Shown here: in pieces, positions 13,290 through 27,374 of the stretch
Numbering within the stretch: position 1 is the first letter of the stretch
Layout: every line of letters begins with the position of its first letter
Notes under the pieces: model-generated
The model's database searches: none
What the model was told of the DNA's origin: nothing
What the model saw: only the letters and a program-made list of their open reading frames with translations
Program-made: the position numbers and the translations under genes
Source: the human T2T-CHM13v2.0 reference genome, Homo sapiens
Strand: one strand, 5' to 3'
DNA length: 64,000 bases
Assembly (NCBI RefSeq): GCF_009914755.1
Contig: NC_060939.1

Positions 13290-13475
13290 TCTGAGAGTGT
13301 GGCACTTCAAGCAAAAGACCTGGGTTCACACTCTGACTCTGCCACTTACTAGCTGGAGACTTAGGGAAATTGCTTGATCAATATGAGCCTCAATTTCTTC
13401 ATCTATAAAGTCAGCAGAATAACCTACCCCATACAGTTTTTGTAAGAATCAAAACAATTATGTGGAAAGCACTCT
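13290..13475 (+). mobile_element. MIR
   Basis: gacctgggttcacactctgactctgccacttactagctg...gagcctcaatttcttcatctataaa. Confidence 0.85.
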
Positions 13476-15060
13476 GTTACCCATGAGTTCTCACTAACAC
13501 AATCTTGTGGACTTGCATTAATATGCAAAAGACAACAGAAGTTTACTAAAGTAAGTGACATTTTTTGGAAGGGTTCTGAACTATTAATATTTTAAAAGAG
13601 AAAAAAATCAAAAAATGTTTATAAGAACAAGGCAATCATTTATTCTTAACTACTCAAACTCAGAGGATCATGTGTGCCTCCATTTCATGCCATCATTTGC
13701 AGAGGAGGAAAAGTAGACAGGTTGAGGGCCCGTGTGTGTTGCTGACAAAGGCAAACTGAGCCCAGGCCTTGTGGCTCCCAGATCTGTTCACCAATTAAAA
13801 GCTACAAACTTCATTGATAATGCTTATAGCCAGCTAAAACAGCACCTTCTTTGGAAAGCAGCACCTGGGACCCTTCCACAAACTCTCTGCAATGTGCTAA
13901 CACAAGTCTCAAAGACCGGGCATTTCCCAGGGAAGATGGAGGACACCACACCTCAGAACCTTTGCTACCCTCTGAGACAAGGCTCACTCTCCATGTGAGA
14001 GACCTCACTTAAGTGAAAAGAGGGAAGCAGTAATCCAGCTCAGGATCAATAGAAAGAATCAACTAAGTCTTCCTGTGTAGATCTATTTCATACCAAGGAC
14101 TTCATGTCTTCAATTTGGAAAGAAGTTCAAAGAAAAAATCAGGGACAAGATTACACAATTTACAAACTGACTTCACACACATCATATTTGATCCACATGG
14201 TCACCATGCTAGATTGATATTATGACCCAAAAACACTCTCCAACAAAAACAACATGTTTATTTCTATTGTCTTAATCTTAAGCAAAAAATTTTACTTGAT
14301 TTTTCCGTTTCTTCTGTTCTTGGAGAAAAACTTGGCACACCTTTAAAGCAGTAGTGAACTTCCCATTTTTGAGGAGGCTTAAATATTATTTATAAAAATA
14401 GCAAATAAAATGTTACCCCACCATTCCTCCTTCTTGAAATTAATATGGTACAGTGCCAAATTCCATTCATCCTTTCACTTATTCATAAAACAAACACATT
14501 GGTAGCACCCAGGATATGCCACCATTGTTTTATCCTGGAGGACATAAAAATGAAAACAACCAAAGTCTCTACACTCTGATCATAAAATCAATATTAATAA
14601 AAAATTATAGCCCGCAATGTGGACTGATGTCAAAAATCATGAATTCAGGGTAAAAAGAAAGTTACTAAAGACTGGGATGACTGTACAAATACACAGGAAA
14701 GAAGTCATCAACAAAAAATTCTAAAAATGCCTCAAGGTTTGGGCCATTCCTTCGAGAACAGCATATATAGTAGGGCCTGTGATGGATGGCCAATACAAAA
14801 ACGCTCTGACACTAACTTAATTTGCAACTTAACAAGAGTATTAACTGTGTACTTTTAACATAAAATAAAATGGGTGACTATCTTTCCACAATTTTTAATA
14901 TTTATTCTGTGTTTTTTAGCTTGTCCTTTAAAAAATGAAGAATCCATTAACATTAGTTTTCAGGTTACCATCTTAGGCAACTAAATATGAATAATCAATG
15001 CAAATTAACCAATATTATATAAGGAAATTTGACTTATCTTTCAACCTAAGCAGACATGAT

Positions 15061-15355
15061 TTTTTTTTTTTTTTTTTTGAGATGGAGTCTCGCTGTCACC
15101 CAGGCTGGAGTGTAGTGGCGCGATCTCAGCTCACTGCAACCGCTTCCTGGGTTCAAGTAATTCTTCTGCCTCAGCCTCCTGAGTAGCTGGGATTACAGGT
15201 GCCTGCCACCATGCCAAGCTAATTTTTGTATTTTTAGCAGAGACGGGTTTTCACCAGCTTGGCCAGGCTGGTCTCAAACTCCTGATCTCCGGTGATCTGC
15301 CCACCTCAGCCTCCCAAAGTGCTGGGATTACAGGCGTGAGCCACCGCAACTGGCC
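15061..15355 (-). mobile_element. AluS (Sx-like)
   Basis: Reverse full-length Alu; TSD aagcagacatgat / aaacagacatgat. Confidence 0.95.
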
Positions 15356-15569
15356 TAAACAGACATGATAATCTATTTCTTTAATAAAGATAACTTAAGT
15401 TTGCCTAAATTCTCTATAATTACAAAATAAGAATGTTGTACTAAGATAAGATTTTTAAGATAGACATAGCAATACGTAGCTCATCCTGAATGATCTAATT
15501 CCAAAATCTTGCATATATTTGACTGCTTCCTATTTAGAAGTTGTATTAAAAGTCAATGGATTCTTCAAA

Positions 15570-16450
<881 letters not shown>

Positions 16451-16569
16451 AAAGCAATGGCTTTTCAAATCCTTCCTGAACTTCCTTGGCCTCTTTTTGC
16501 CTGTTTTTATTTGTGTCTGGTTAATTTCCTCATATATAATAAATAAAAATAATTACAGGAATAAATATG

Positions 16570-16790
16570 AGAGATTTGTCAGTGTGTATATCACTATAAC
16601 ATGTTCATTCTGGAATTTTTATTGCAATTTTGCTTCTAAAATTGGAACGTAATAATGTAGAAAATTCAGTGTCATTGGGTACTGTTATGACAGCAAGAAC
16701 TTCTGAAATGTTTTCTAAATATGCAGTATCTCTAAGTCCAAGGATCATTTCAAAATATGAAATAAACACAAGACTTAGTGTGACTTCTTT
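16570..16790 (-). mobile_element. Possible ancient hAT transposase C-terminal (dimerisation domain) relic
   Basis: Minus-strand translation YLENISEVLAVITVPNDTEFSTLLRSNFRSKI resembles hAT YPNI..L...LTVP.T....ERSFS.L.RIK..LRS. Matched by eye only. Confidence 0.4.
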
Positions 16791-17586
16791 TTTACTTCTA
16801 TCCCTTCTCCCATCCTCACAAAACCAGTACCCATCCATGGGAAAACAGAAAAATGGCCAACCTCCAACTAACTCCAGGGGCAAGAATGACCAGCATGCCC
16901 TAGGATTGAGAGAGGAAAGAGAGAAGGAGGGGCCTGTATTTCTGCCTTGACAACGTAGTAAGTAAAACGTAGCACACTGTTGCCCGTAGTTTCAACCAGT
17001 GGATTAGCAGCCCCACCTTCTAGGTGAGGCTAGAGAGGGTGAAGAAAGGGGCAACATGTCCTTGAGTTCTGTCCCCATGCCTAGAGAGAGGAAGAACAAT
17101 CTCCTCCCAGACAGAAGCACTCAGTAAATGCAGGCAGTTTTTATATATTCTCTAGCCCACACGACATTCAGATAAGGCTCAAGAAAGGTTAGCTGAATTG
17201 AATTATCAGAAAAGGGTAGGGGGAGGAGAGATCACTGAGTATTTATGATGTTGTAACAGTTTTAATTGAATATAAGTCAATGGATCAATTTCTTGATTAT
17301 AAATCTTACAATTAGATTTCTTCAATCAGCAAGTAACTTTTGGCAGATTTCAGTAACATTAATGCACTTTCTAGCTTAAATGAAAAATGGCTGATAAAAG
17401 TCCAAAAGATAAAGTACATAAGTAAGAACTTACTTGGTTAAAACAAAAGATTATTTAGAGTAACATTTTATTTATTTAGAAAAAGAAAACTGGAAATTAG
17501 TATTATCTAAATTTTTAATATCTTCCTGCTAAAGTTTAGTGAATTTTCTTATGTGAAGTAGACACCTTAATCTTAAAGCAATAATT

Positions 17587-17900
17587 GGCTGGGCATGGTG
17601 GCTCACACCTGTGATTTTCCCAGCACTTTGGGAGGTTGAGGCAGGTGGATTACCTGAGGTCAGGAGTTTGAGATCAGCCTGGTCAAAATGGTGAAACCCC
17701 ATCTCTACTAAAACTACAAAAATTAGTTGGAAATGGTGGCGCACGCCTGTAATCCAAGCTACTCAGGAGGCCAAGGCAGAAGAATCACTTGAACCCAGGG
17801 ATGGAGGTTTCAGTGAGCCAAGATCACACCACTGCACTCCAGCCTGAGCAACAGAGAGAGACTGCGTCTCCAATAAAATAAATAAATAAATCAATAAATA
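17587..17900 (+). mobile_element. AluSx with (TAAA)n tail
   Basis: Full dimer; TSD aaagcaataatt / aatgcaataatt. Confidence 0.94.
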
Positions 17901-20900
17901 AATGCAATAATTAGAAAATTAACCATTTGAACAGCTTTTGACGTCTCTAGTGGAAAAACACACTAGATTGTTGGTATGCAAACTAGGGACTTCAAAATAT
18001 TAAGGAGCTACATATTTCCCTGGCAATTTTTTCTCCCATTTATTTTCTTAACAAACTCTATTTCAATATATAGAACAGGGTTAACTTCTACTTACGTCAC
18101 ATCCAAATGATGAGATGGCTTTCTGTATACAATAGATCTGGACAGATAATTGGGAAGCAGAGCATCTGCTACAAATTTTGACTCATCTGAGCCTAGCTTA
18201 GCTAATGTAAAAGTTTACCACTTAAATTAATCCCAGATTATTTTGTACAATCTTATTACTTGGATCATTTTTTATACTAGGACCTAATAACATGATTACA
18301 TTAAGAAAAAATATGAATTATATGAAAATTAGAAAATAATTCCAAATGGATTTGGTTCATTCACCTTGAATTCAAAGATGACCAGGTATTTTTCTGGACA
18401 GTACGAGTGGAAATTCATTTTGCCCAAAATGCTGAAAATATGACAATCTAGTCCCAAAGCACTATGGGTTTGGTTATAGATTGCAGAACTAATTAACTTT
18501 ATTACCTTATTCTTTCCCTCAAGTCATACACCAGAGTAAAACTGCCTCTATAAGAGATACAGCTTCCTAACCACACATATTAATTTTTGGGTCATATCAA
18601 GTAGAGTTCTGCCCAGCTGGAAGTCACTCTTTTCTTCCACTAAGACTGCATGGTTTTAACATTACTTGAGGATATAAAAATATTAGTTAATCAGCCATTC
18701 AGGAGCCTGCTCTCCTGCATTCCATTAACACCTTCTAATACAGCATAAACATTGTAAAGGTTATATTCTTGGACAGGCCAGAATGTCTTTGAAAAATTAT
18801 TAGATCACCCCCAGAAGAGAACTATAACACAAATGAATGAGTCACAGGACTAACTAGAAGCAGGGCAGTATCTAGTTTTCAGAAATACAGTTAACTACCA
18901 CATTAAAAGACTTCTTTTCTAATGTTCAACTGCTTTCACCTCTCTTTCTGGCTATAGTGGGAGTGGGGGAAAGGGCTGTGAGGAGGGGAGGAAGATCATT
19001 ATTCAAAGGCACCCAAGCAAAAAACTAGGCAAGTTGTATTATTTTAAAATATTAATTAATAAAGTTATACTGGTTAGCAGGAGTCTAGATGTGCCATACC
19101 TAAAATAAATGTAATCAAGCCCCCCAAAATTATAAAGTTTTAAAGTTTAGCTACAAGTATAAAGTTTAGAGAAGTTGAAAACCCAGCACCCAGAAGAGTT
19201 CTTTAGAAGAGTTCTTTTATAGTTCCATTATCTACCCAAAAAAGGAGGCGGAAAGATTTAGCAGGTAAGATGTTTTGAAGTAACAGATGTTCTGGAAATT
19301 AAGGATATGTAGTCACAGGCCCTGCAACTCTCAATTAATTTGCACAATGTTGCTCAATGAAAAATAATGAGGTGGATACATTAATCAGCAGTGAGGTCTT
19401 CTCCAGCCTTCCACACTCAACAGTACTGAGAAATCAAATCGACTTCCTTCTGCCTCAGCTGGATAGGGATGATTATCTTACTATCCAACACTAGACTGAA
19501 AGGTTAAGAAAAACCCACTAAGTCATTGAAAAAAAAAAAAGACTACAATTAATGCTTTGTATTAACTTTAAAAGAAAGTCCATTAATTTGGTAACAGAAT
19601 GCAAGTGTGAATCCTATTAAATAGCACTCAGGAAAGGCAAACAATTCACTTCTAATTGCATATATAAACGAATATAATGTCATAAAATAAGAGACCATAA
19701 ATCAAAATACAGCTAAAGCATTACTGTCCTGTATATTCTATGCATTTTCTCACTGGCAAAAAAACTAGCAAAAACCCAAAATGACATATTCAAAGCATAA
19801 TCTTAGACAGCAACCTTGCTAAACTCAAACAAGCTTCCTTGTTTAAAATTTTCTTCTGAAAAAATTAATTCTGCCCAAAATAACAAGATTCATAATGTGC
19901 AAAATAAAAAATCCCTTACTGGTCTATTGTTGTTTATTATTGTTATCTATTATTGTTGTTTTCAAATCCTCTAAATACCATATAATAGTGACAAAATTTA
20001 ATTCGACTTTTTCCTACTTGAAAACGAGTAGCGCACATTATTAAACCCACTGACACTTGTGTATATGTTTTCAACAAAATCTACAGATTCGCCAACGTTG
20101 AATTTCTAAGTACACCACAAATAATTGATATCACAAGGGAAGAAATGTACTCCCCAGAGAACATAAGATATAAATATAAATAGTATATAAATCTTAATTG
20201 TATCTAAACAGATACAAATAACCTCTATATCTGTCTATGTGTATTCAAATCTACGGTAAATATATCCAACTCAATACCCAGTCCGATTTAATTCCAACAT
20301 GGAGTAAAGGGAAGGTAATGAAAATTCCCTTAGACCTCTATGGTAGCTGCAGTTATATTCAAATCAAAACAATAGGAACTGTACTTGGCACACTCATAAT
20401 ACAGCCTTATAATATAAGGTTAGGAATGAAAATGGACTAAACCATTTTCATTGAAGGTAACTTGGGCAGAAGTAACAATGTGCAACGTATTGAGAAAAAT
20501 AAGGTGTGAAACAAAAGGGGTTGCAGAATTAAGTTCCAGGATAAAATACTGTCCAAGGGGAGATAAAAAAGGAAATAGACAAAAGTCTCAAAGGGACAAC
20601 TAGGTTTTTAAAATGTTTCTTACAGGCATTATTCAGTGATCCTATGCTCTATTTAAACTCTACTTCATCGGCAAGAAAAGAATTTCATGCAGATAGATAT
20701 TGTGCAATGGAATGTAACAAAGCATTGCTCCAAGGTATTGTTTATTAATTTCTGTCACTGATTTTGGATCCATTCCTAATGGTAACTAAAAGCTTTTTGA
20801 ATTGAAAACATTAAAGGGCTGTTAAAAGAAACAAATGCAGAGAGCAGTACATCCCGCAGCATAACCAGCCAGGGTGGGTGGGGGAAGGGTCTTCACATTT

Positions 20901-21359
20901 AGACAGCACTGGCAAGAAAGCAGGTTTTTTTAATACTACTAAAATTATGTTAGTTTTCAACAACTAAAAATATTCTGCAATAGCTGTTTCACCTAAGGTA
21001 ATTTATTCTACTTAGAAAAGCAACTAATGAATTGATAAGTCAATTGAAAAGTGAGTGAGTCATATTTTTAATGTCAAATTGCAAAATTCTTTATGCTTGA
21101 AAAGAATTAGAATTAAGAAATCTGCTAAAATTTTGGCTAAATGAGCACATTTTAAGGGGTTTTTAAAAGAAAAATTTAAGTTCCCTCAGACCTATATAAA
21201 ATTGGTCTAGAATCCATCCATTCATCATATTTATTTACAGCCAAGCCAAAGCTCATTCCTTTAGGACTACAGCAAAATCCAGCAATCAACCTGTAGCCAA
21301 GGAGCTGAATATTCATAGAGAAAAATCACATAAGCAAGCGAATGTATTTTATTTTAGAT

Positions 21360-21800
21360 TCATTATCGCCACCCCAATACCTGCTCTTCTCTCCTTCAAC
21401 CACCCCAACACACACACCTGACCCCAATCTCAGATGATGACCTTACATTTCACTGGGAAAACAAAACCCTTTAGGTAAGAGCTCCCCCAATCCCCACCAT
21501 CAAGTTACAAACCTTGGAGCATCCATTTCCAGTGTCCCTTTGCCCCCTCCTATTACCAGGGAGAGATGTCCCTCTCTCCAAACAATACTAAGCTCCCCTA
21601 CATGTGCTGTCGACCTTCCTCAAAGCACAAAAGACCCATCCTAGGGAAGAAAGTGCAGGGATGCCTGGAAGTGATCTCCCTCCTCTCTAACTGTAAAAAT
21701 ACTACCTAATTTTTTAATGTAGCTATTTCCTCCCACTAGAATATAAGCTCCATGAGAGCACAGACATTATCTTGTTCACCTGGCTGTCTAACACATGCAA
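21360..21800 (+). mobile_element. L2 fragments
   Basis: ctcagatgatgaccttacatttcactgggaaaac; ctcccactagaatataagctccatgagagcacagac. Confidence 0.65.
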
Positions 21801-24294
21801 GGGTGTCCATTTTTGGAGCTGTGAAATAAAAATTCCTTAAATATTTGTTGCAAGTCCTATCTTCTATTAAGCCTTCCCCTTCTCCCACCACTCCCATCGA
21901 AAGCTTCATTCATTAGCATGACCCCAGCTGCATCCAGGGAAAATTAATTACTACATCTTTTGGGCTCCCATAACATTTGAATCCCTCCTACAACACAGAA
22001 GAGACATTTTTATATACATTCTTCCTAACTCCGATTCTCATTCCACACTATAAAACAAGGTACTTAAGAGGAACGACTGCCTTATTTATCGGTTATTAGA
22101 TCCTAAATCAATGCCTGAATGAGCTCAAGAGAGTTTCTTTAACTGTACTGAGGAGAAAGTCCAAACTACTTTATGAATTGATTTCTAACTCATCCCCTAC
22201 TTTTTCAAAAGAAATATGTAAGATAAAATACCTATTTAATAAATAACAAAATATTACTTTTCTTTACTTGCAGAAGTTATTTAGTCATGAAGTAGACAAG
22301 CAGGGTACCACTTAACACTAATTTAATGGAAAGATAGTCTAAGTTTGTAATGAGAAAACGGAAAATGGTTTTTCCCCAAGGTCACAGACTAAGGCAGTGG
22401 CAAAGTCAATTAACTACTCTTTATCTTACCAACACCAAAAAGAGCTTTCATTTCCCACCAACCCACATCCATAGATTTCAAGATTTTTATTATTATGGAA
22501 GTAGTTGATAATTTTGTCTATTAGTAAAAGAAGAGTAAAGTTTTAATTAATTATACTGAATAAAAGTGCAGGGGTGGGTGGAGCTATTAAAAGAACAAAC
22601 AGGTTTTCTTCTGGGCTATACCACAGAGAGCTGAACAAAAGCCACTTGAAGAAAACTCCCTCAGAGTACAAGAGCTGCTTTTCTCTGTAGATTCTTACAA
22701 GATAATGATCAAGCAAGAAAAACACCTAATTTCCTTTTTTTCTTGGATTCTTATATTTCCCAGAGAGATTATATTCACAATGTGGAAAGTGAAACTGTTA
22801 GAAGAATCTCACTTACTTATTAACCCCAGTAAACTTAAAAATTAAATAAAATACAGCATCAGCAATTTGGAGCCTCTGGTTAATAATAAAGGGTATAAAC
22901 AGTGAAGCAAGAAACTCTGCGTTAATCAACTATGTCGATCTGTCATTCTGTGTTTCCTTAAAGTGAAAATGGTGAACTATGCTGAAAAACAAAATAAGAT
23001 AAACCTTTGTGTGTGACTAAAAATCTAGCCAGCCGAGTTTCTGGCTAGCAGATATGGCAGAATGGCATATTCAAGACTTGGAAAGACTAACATTATCTAT
23101 AAGTCCGCAATTTACAAGAAGTAGTTTTAACAGTGACATGAAAAAGATAAGAAAAGGTTCCAAATAAAGTTATTCCTATTATGATTTCAATATTGTTATT
23201 TGCATGAATGATTATGAACTATTTTTTCATCCATTCGTTCAGGCACTTATTTATAGGAAGTACTAGAATGTCACAGAGGTAATAACTAAACTCCCAATTG
23301 TTTAAATTTTTTCATAGTGAAAATAAATATTCATATGGAAAGCTTCATAAAGTAAATAGTTTCAAAATAAAACAGAATGACAAAATAACCAGTTAAATCA
23401 CACTATCAAAGTGAATGAACCCAAATTTTTTAATTTTTCAAACTATACAGAGTCCCTCATTTTCAGCTGCTCCACATCTAAGTGTTCTCGTGTTTTCTTA
23501 GCGGCAGCACTGAACTTCAGAGTCAATCAAGTCCAATTTTTAGGATGCCTTTGGAATTGAAGTCTTAAGACCACAACTAACAAAAAGCAAGTACTTTGCT
23601 CCTTCACAGCAGGATGCAGATTCCTTTTTCTAAGCAGAATTCCAGACATTCCATGAGTTTCCTATAAAAATAGATGTCCATTTTAAAGTAGGCCAGCCTG
23701 AACTCATACCAGCATAAAATAGCCAAGAAGCACACTTATGACTGTGAGGTTTACATCTGCTCTTGTAAGCAAACTCTAGAGATTACCATTCTTCAGCTCC
23801 ACCCTAAATCTGCTTCTCAGCTCTTCCTTACTATCACAAGACAGTGGGCGCTGTGAAAAGATGGCCTAGTGGTTCAAGGAAAAACCATTGATCAGGAGAG
23901 CTCTGAGGACAAACATGGACGAGTGCTTGACTTTCCCTTCCCCCTCCAAATAAACTGCTGCATTAGAAAACTGATATTACATTTAAAGGTTATCACTTCT
24001 CATAACTCAATGACTTGATTAAAGAAAATAATTTTTTTAATAAATCAAAAGTACCATGAGTTTTTTTTAACATGACACAACAGCATACACTATAATATCA
24101 TGAAGAGTACAAAGCTTAAAAAAAGAATTTAAGTGTAGACATCAGAGTAAAGGCCTGGTTCTTAGTCTCTGGTAGCACATGTAGAGCTTGACTTAAGTGG
24201 GATTTACACCGGTCTCTGTCTATCCTTAGATGCCCCCAGGAGTGAGATGGAAAGCATAGGCTTATCAGAAGAGGATTGTGTGACCCTTTTAAGC

Positions 24295-24950
24295 CCTTTA
24301 TTCAAAAAGACTTATCAGATCCCTACTCTGTGTCAGGACCGTGCTTGGCAACTGTAAGCCGAAACAGACCCAGTCACTGCCCTTCTGGAGCTGAAGCTTG
24401 CTGAGGGAAACAGACAATCACACAAAGGAACACATTATTACCTCCCATGAGCAGTTCTAGGAGGCAGTCTTAGCGGGAGAGTGAGAGAGAGAGACCCAAT
24501 CTATTCTAGGGATCAGGGAAAGCTTTCCCAAAGGGAGAAATGTTTACACCAAGTGGAAGTTAACCAGGCATAAAAGGAAAGGGAAAGGACATTCCAAAAT
24601 TAGAAATCAATTTAGGCAAAGGCCTGAAGCAAGAGGGGCAAAGCCTGTCAGAGGAATTAGTGAGTTTGAAAAGGCAGGTGTTGAGGGTTGGTGTCTAGTA
24701 ATGTAACTAGTGAAAGTTGAGGCTGGTGGGTGCTAGGCCACAGTTCATGTCTAGTCTTTCAGGCTTTATTAAAGTCCTGAGAAGCAGAGAATAACATGAC
24801 CAGAATGTCTGTAGAGTGAAGAACGGGGTTGAAAATAAACCTACAGCAGACAGGAGGAAAACAGTGGCTGGCCTATTGCAGTAAACTTAGGATAATAATG
24901 GTAGCCTAAACCAAGAGGGTGGCAATGGAAAAGAGAGAAGTGGGCCGTTT
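24295..24950 (-). mobile_element. L2 3' region
   Basis: tttattca...cctactctgtgtcaggaccgtgct...cactgcccttctggagct, typical of a reverse L2 3' end. Confidence 0.75.
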
Positions 24951-25834
24951 TTAATGATCTCAGATACAGTACTTTTGATGATCTTCTAATGAACTATATC
25001 ATTAAATTTCCAAAAAAAAAAAAAAACCTGGCCCGTAATAAGCATTCCATGAATATTTGTTGATTCAGTTAATCTTCTTCATTCCATGCTTCTTCCTTCT
25101 TCCTCGCCTTTTTTGTGAAGTCCCCTCCCCAGGTCTGTCTGGAGTGGACCCACCTTGCAGAAGCAATTTCTCCAGAACAAAAATCTATCAACTCATATCT
25201 TAATATGTCGACACTAAAGGAATAAGAGGATACAAAGGAAAAATACTAGGGAGAAAAATTCTCTCTGTCTTCAAGTTGAAATTTTCATGTCTCTAACCAG
25301 CATTTTGCAGCTTGACTTCTTTTGGGTATTTAAGAAAATTAGCCTATATTGTGTTTCCTGCTATGAACACCAGGTGCCATACTATGTTTCATCTACACTA
25401 TTTAAATGACATGCCAACTTCATTCCTTTTATTGCCAGATCAGCTCCCTAGAGGTCAGAGTGACCGTGTCACTTGTCTGGTCACAGAGCCAGAGAGAACA
25501 TGAACTGGGAGATCAGGTCAGTTGGAATCTAAACCCAGCCTTTCCTTGCTTGCTTACCACACTAGTTCTCAAGTAGCTACAATTCCTTCGCCTCGCTTTT
25601 TCTTCACATATATTGACTGGCCACCCATTTAAAAATAATAAATACGTCCACTGCAGCATGATGTTAGTTTGCTGAAAGCTAGGAATAAGACACAGGTTAT
25701 TCTTTCTAGTGTGGCCCAGAATTAACCATAAGATCTTAAGCAAAGTATTCTGCTTCTATTTTTTCGTTGGTCAGATGAAGATAATGATATAAGTATATGA
25801 ATTATGAGTATTATTGTTAGTAATGAGAGTTCTA

Positions 25835-26240
25835 AGCAGTAGACACAGAGAGGTGCCACTCCATGCCCTTCAAGAAAGGCCTTTGTGCCCAGCTGTGGAG
25901 TGGGTGGTCAGCAGACAGCCTTCAGGAGGCAGCAACCTTAGGGCCAGCCTCAGCTGCAGAGTGCTACTTGCCTGAGCTCTCCCACTTTCCAAGGTGGCCC
26001 ATATTCAGTCCCTGAACAAGGGTGACAGAAGGGCTGTCCACTTCAGCCTACACAGGCTGCCACTGACTAGAAACCCTTGCTGCATTCACAAGGCTTGCCA
26101 GGCCTGCATGGCAGTTCAGCTCCTCTCTCTACCCAAAACTGCTTCCTCCCCCTTCCTTTTACAAGTAATGATTCCTAATAAACATCCTGTACCCCAAATT
26201 CTATCTTGGCAGTGCTTCTAAAGAACCCAAACCATGACAC
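25835..26240 (+). mobile_element. LTR16-type ERVL solo LTR
   Basis: 3' end cctaataaacatcctgtacc...tgcttctaaagaacccaaaccatgaca is typical of LTR16. Confidence 0.7.
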
Positions 26241-27289
26241 TGTGCTTTCTTACTTTGGAGATATTAACTAGGTCATCATAAAACTTAATTACATATTTGA
26301 AGTGCCAAGAACAGGCCTGTTGAGTAACTTGATTTGAAGTTGTTCTATTAATTAACAGAAAGATATCTTTATTTCATATTTTAAACAAATCAAGTCCTAG
26401 TTGATAGCCTTTTTTAATCTCAATTTAATTATATGCCAAGTTTGAACATTCAAGTTTTTATCCCAGATAACTTTGGAAGAAAGTTATGACGCTAAAAATT
26501 AAAGGATAAAACTAAATTGGGACATCTAATATAATTAGAGTGTCATTTCAGTGACAACAAATACATTTCAGTCTAGTTTTTAATGTGTTACACAAAGCTG
26601 GTTCTATAAGTGCTTGGCATCAATAAATTAACAACCAGCATTTTTGCCAGCAAAGCCAGCAGCATGCATATAAAACCAACAAGGGATATTAGGCCCACTG
26701 CCAAAGCTTTATACAACTAGTGTCACTTAATTTAGTTCTCATATCAGAGTGGAATCATGCTCGTTCTGGAAAAGTATTTCTTCCAACCCTCCCGGAAACT
26801 GGAAATTAATATATTTCTCTGCTTGCTTATAGCCAACACTACAATTTTACTTTTATCTAAATCTGGAGGTAATGTTTAAAGACTGTAATTTTAAGCTATC
26901 CAAGTGAGGATAAGTTTTAAAACATTACATGGATAGTGGTGATAACAAGTGAAATGGTCATTCTAAACCCCTAAATAATATGACCACTGAATTAGATATG
27001 CATAGAGCCCAAAAGGTCCTTTCATTCAACGTCCAGAATGTATTCATTCAAATATTATTTAGTGAGCACCAACTATGTGCCAGTCAATGTCTGGGTAGGC
27101 AGAGCTATTCCGATAGTGGTTATCTTGCTTGGTGAACAGAAACAGGAATGCAGGAAACAAATTCTGCCAAAAGATCCCTACACTTAAGAAATGGCAAAAA
27201 ATATACTCCTACATATTAAAAATAAATGAAAAGAACCATATATTAGATGCAAACAAAAGATTCATGATTATTTTCTCTCTTTTGTCTTT

Positions 27290-27374
27290 TTCTTTTTCTT
27301 TTTTTAGAGACAGAGTCTCGCTCTGTAGCCCAGGCTGGAGTGCAGTGGTGCGATCATAGCTCACTGCAGCCTCA
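27290..27374 (-). mobile_element. Alu 3' fragment (J-type)
   Basis: T-tail plus agagacagagtctcgctctgtagcccaggctggagtgcagtgg...cagcctc only. Confidence 0.9.

Noticed and set aside
18107-18190. Box C (ATGATGA) to box D (CTGA) spacing resembling a C/D snoRNA
   Set aside because: No terminal stem, no recognisable rRNA/snRNA guide, and it is on the strand opposite the inferred host.
18365-18431. Minus-strand 67-nt exon-like segment with one open frame (ILGKMNFHSYCPEKYLVIFEFK)
   Set aside because: The donor (AAG|GTGAAT) is moderate and the peptide is unrecognised; consistent with chance.
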